Positions 61,298-64,000 of a stretch of DNA of 64,000 nucleotides are shown here, piece by piece. The stretch's first letter is position 1, and each line of letters starts with the position of its first letter. The stretch is from Epiperipatus broadwayi (taxonomy: Eukaryota > Animalia > Onychophora), in assembly GCA_028023455.1 (NCBI GenBank), contig JAQFVV010000006.1, forward strand, positions 1,922,001-1,986,000, written 5' to 3'. A program made the position numbers and the translations under genes. The notes below the pieces were generated by a model. That model ran no database searches. It was not told the DNA's origin and saw nothing but the letters and a program-made list of their open reading frames with translations.

Positions 61298-63238
61298 GGA
61301 CGTAGCTTTCACGACTGGGAAAGGTGGTCATGCTCTTGGCGATTGCAAATATATTTATTTTAAATATATGAACATTGCTCATGTATTGAATTATCTCGGT
61401 ATATATTTATATTTACGAATATATGCAATTGAGCTTTTCTTTTTTTTTATTTTGTTGCTACTATTATTATTTTTTTATTAAAGAAAAGTTTAAATGAAAG
61501 TTTTATAGGAATAATAGATAACAAAAGAATTGAAATGAAAAAAGAATGAAAAATAAACAACAAAATCCGTTTGGTTTTTGTAAATTTATATTTATAATGC
61601 ACTATTGGCTATTTTTTTATTTTATCTGTTTGAGCATTCATAGAAATAATATAGTGAAATTTATGAAATAATAAGTATTGGCTCTTTTGGAAGTCGTATA
61701 TATATATATCAGATGACTTTGCATGAAAAGAATGCTTTCAGTAAAGTTTCTCTTTATTCTTTTCTTTTTAAAAAAAAATAAATTAACAGTTAGATTGAGA
61801 CATAGAATCGTTATTCTGTATGTTAAGCTTAATGTAAATAATTCTTACTGCCACAAAGTGAATATACTCTCATCATTGTAAACAGAAAGAAAGTGTAAGG
61901 CAAACTTTTTATATGATTTAAAGAGATTAATCAATTTTAAAATAGATTTTTTTTTCTTTATATATATATACGCACACATTTCAATCGTAGTGAACACTTT
62001 TTTTAGAGCCGGGTATCTAAGCATTAGTAATTAATGAACACCAGGTGATACTAGCAGACGCCTGAAATTAATTCTGCTCGATGCATTTAGAAGCACTGGA
62101 TTGTACTTATCCAGTCGGCAGCCATATTTAATTCTTTTATGTTATTCAATTTAAGATCTTGAAAGTTGCGAATCGTGAGATTTTAAACTAAAGCCAAAAC
62201 TGTTTATCTAATTCTAGTATTTCCATTGCATTTGTGAAATCACCATTCATTATTTCCATATCTTATGGGGTTGAAAACATGTTCAATATAAATAGAAATC
62301 TATAAATTTTAATTTATCATTTCATATTTTGGCCCACCGGTATGACCACTATCACCAATTTGTGGTCATTTTGCGCATCACATGATTACATTTCTATCTT
62401 TCTACACTTATTACTGTATATTGTTTTTCGTATAGATATTACCTTTTTTTGCTAATTATTCTTTTCGATGTTTTAATGCGTACCATTTTAAAATTAGTTT
62501 TATACGTGTGTGTGTGCATGTTGAACGTATATATCGCATAGACTTTCCAATTATCCAATTTCAACTATTTATAGAGATGGTAGAAAAGAAATACAGTGTA
62601 CATGGAGACTTTGCTATATACAGAATTGATATCAGGTGTAATATAAGTAATCGTGACTTTAGATGGATATCTGGCGGTCAATCTAGGGATCTGGGTAAAA
62701 CTTTTATTTAGTCATCCATTAATTTCTTATGCTTAAATATCTATATTGTAAAATAGAGTGATAAAGAATCAATTGTAGCTCATAATATTAATGTTAGCTA
62801 GAAAAATTATGCAATACATTGTTTTGATATATATATATATATTAGAATATTAGTAACTCTTACTCGTATTTGCTGTAAATGTGACGCGAATTTTACTACG
62901 CTGTAGTGTAAATTGAGATTAGAACATCATTAATTGTAATGCTAACTGACCTTTTATACTGTATATTTTGGATACAGCATAATCCCATCAGTTATGCTAG
63001 AGATCTGTCTGCCATGTCAGTGATCAGAGACAAAGGGATCAATAGATTCAGGTGTTTTCATAATTGAAAACGTAATTGCCTGGAAGGTAAACTGGATTTT
63101 CAGGGCTGGAAATGATAGTTTCAAATTCAATCCAGAAAGGCTTTGCTTTTGAATCTACATATGACTTGTTTTGATTCGGTAAACAAAAATTTTAAATGTT
63201 ACTTGTGTATAATTCAACCGATGACGTTTTTGACTTAC

Positions 63239-63260
63239 CGATTTCCCTTCCGGTAGACAT
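63239..63260 (-). CDS. Candidate first coding micro-exon (MSTGREI+G) of an unidentified minus-strand gene
   Basis: ATG TCT ACC GGA AGG GAA ATC G|GTAAGTC, a strong donor next to the promoter motifs; downstream exon not identified. Confidence 0.4.
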
Positions 63261-63470
63261 CGACCTTTTTTGCATGACAACGTTGTCATGGTAACCAAGT
63301 GACTGGCGTGATTAATCCATCAGAGAGTCAATTTTTTTTTTTTTTCACCCGCGAGATTTAAAATTCGTAGAGAGGTTTGGGAAATTTTTTGATTTTTCTG
63401 TCTATTGTGATTTTGCTATCCACGGCATCACAGTTACTTTTTTGAGCTGTTAATTCGGGTAAAGTGTTTT
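63245..63470. promoter_or_regulatory. CpG-rich, probably bidirectional promoter with RFX X-box and ETS motif
   Basis: GTTGTCATGGTAAC (63282-63295) fits the X-box consensus GTHNYYATRRNAAC; 18-bp palindrome CATGACAACGTTGTCATG; CTTCCGG at ~63247; plus-strand donor-like cgg|gtaaag at ~63459. Confidence 0.6.
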
Positions 63471-64000
63471 ATTTATCTGTTTATTTTGAATTTACAAATA
63501 TTTTTTGTTAATATTTCTACAATTGAATTATGTTTTAATTTCATTTTTAATTTCTGAATTGTATCATACAGAAAATTATTTTTCGTAATTTATTCCGGTA
63601 AACTGTTTTTTATTTATCTGTTAATTAGTTCATCATTTCTAATTTCATTTTATTAAGAAGTGTATTAGTACTATCATCATTTGCGATTCTCGATAGTTAC
63701 AACAGGTTGAAGATATTGCGATAATTTAGCAGAATATATTTATATAATTACGTTTTAATTTCAAATTATTGTGTGCTTTCTAATTTTAATTATAAATGCG
63801 GAAACAAATCCCAGAAGTGTTTATGATTAATTTCTATTATATTTAAATTGAACATCAGTCATTTGTGGGTAGAAATGCATGACATTCATAATGTATGCAT
63901 TGATTACTTTTTGGTAGTGTTATGGTTAAATACAATATCGCTACCCTAACTATGAAATCAAAGGGCTCAAATTTACTTAGCATTGACTTAATGAATAATA

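Noticed and set aside
62951-63155. Second exon for the MSTGREI micro-exon (arrestin-like NPVYLPG)
   Set aside because: Both candidate acceptors give a stop at 63050-63052 in the required phase, and the acceptor context is weak.
1-64000. CRISPR array or prokaryotic operon
   Set aside because: No regularly spaced short repeats with unique spacers and no long ORFs; the sequence is eukaryotic with spliceosomal signals.

Overview
Very AT-rich eukaryotic (invertebrate, probably arthropod; inference) genomic DNA, almost all intronic or intergenic. The only protein I recognise with confidence is one internal exon of the RNA helicase DDX55/Spb4 (532-658, +). The 3' end of the window has an RFX X-box promoter, probably bidirectional. 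The rest is packed with transposon debris: LINE RT/APE fragments, a hAT MITE, a Tigger-like element, a decayed Merlin transposon, a Penelope-like GIY-YIG endonuclease remnant and tRNA-derived SINEs. The main unexplained signal is that about nine unrelated repeat families carry type I hammerhead ribozyme (HHR) motifs, mostly with self-complementary helix III. Most sit in both arms of outward-pointing foldback elements. One family occurs as circularly permuted, longer-than-unit copies of a ~475-nt monomer (retrozyme-like). One couples a tRNA-like Pol III promoter to the HHR. Three foldbacks show compensatory changes at the tertiary C3-G8 pair (U3-A8 twice, A3-U8 once). All alignments, folds and counts were done by eye and none of the ribozymes is experimentally shown.
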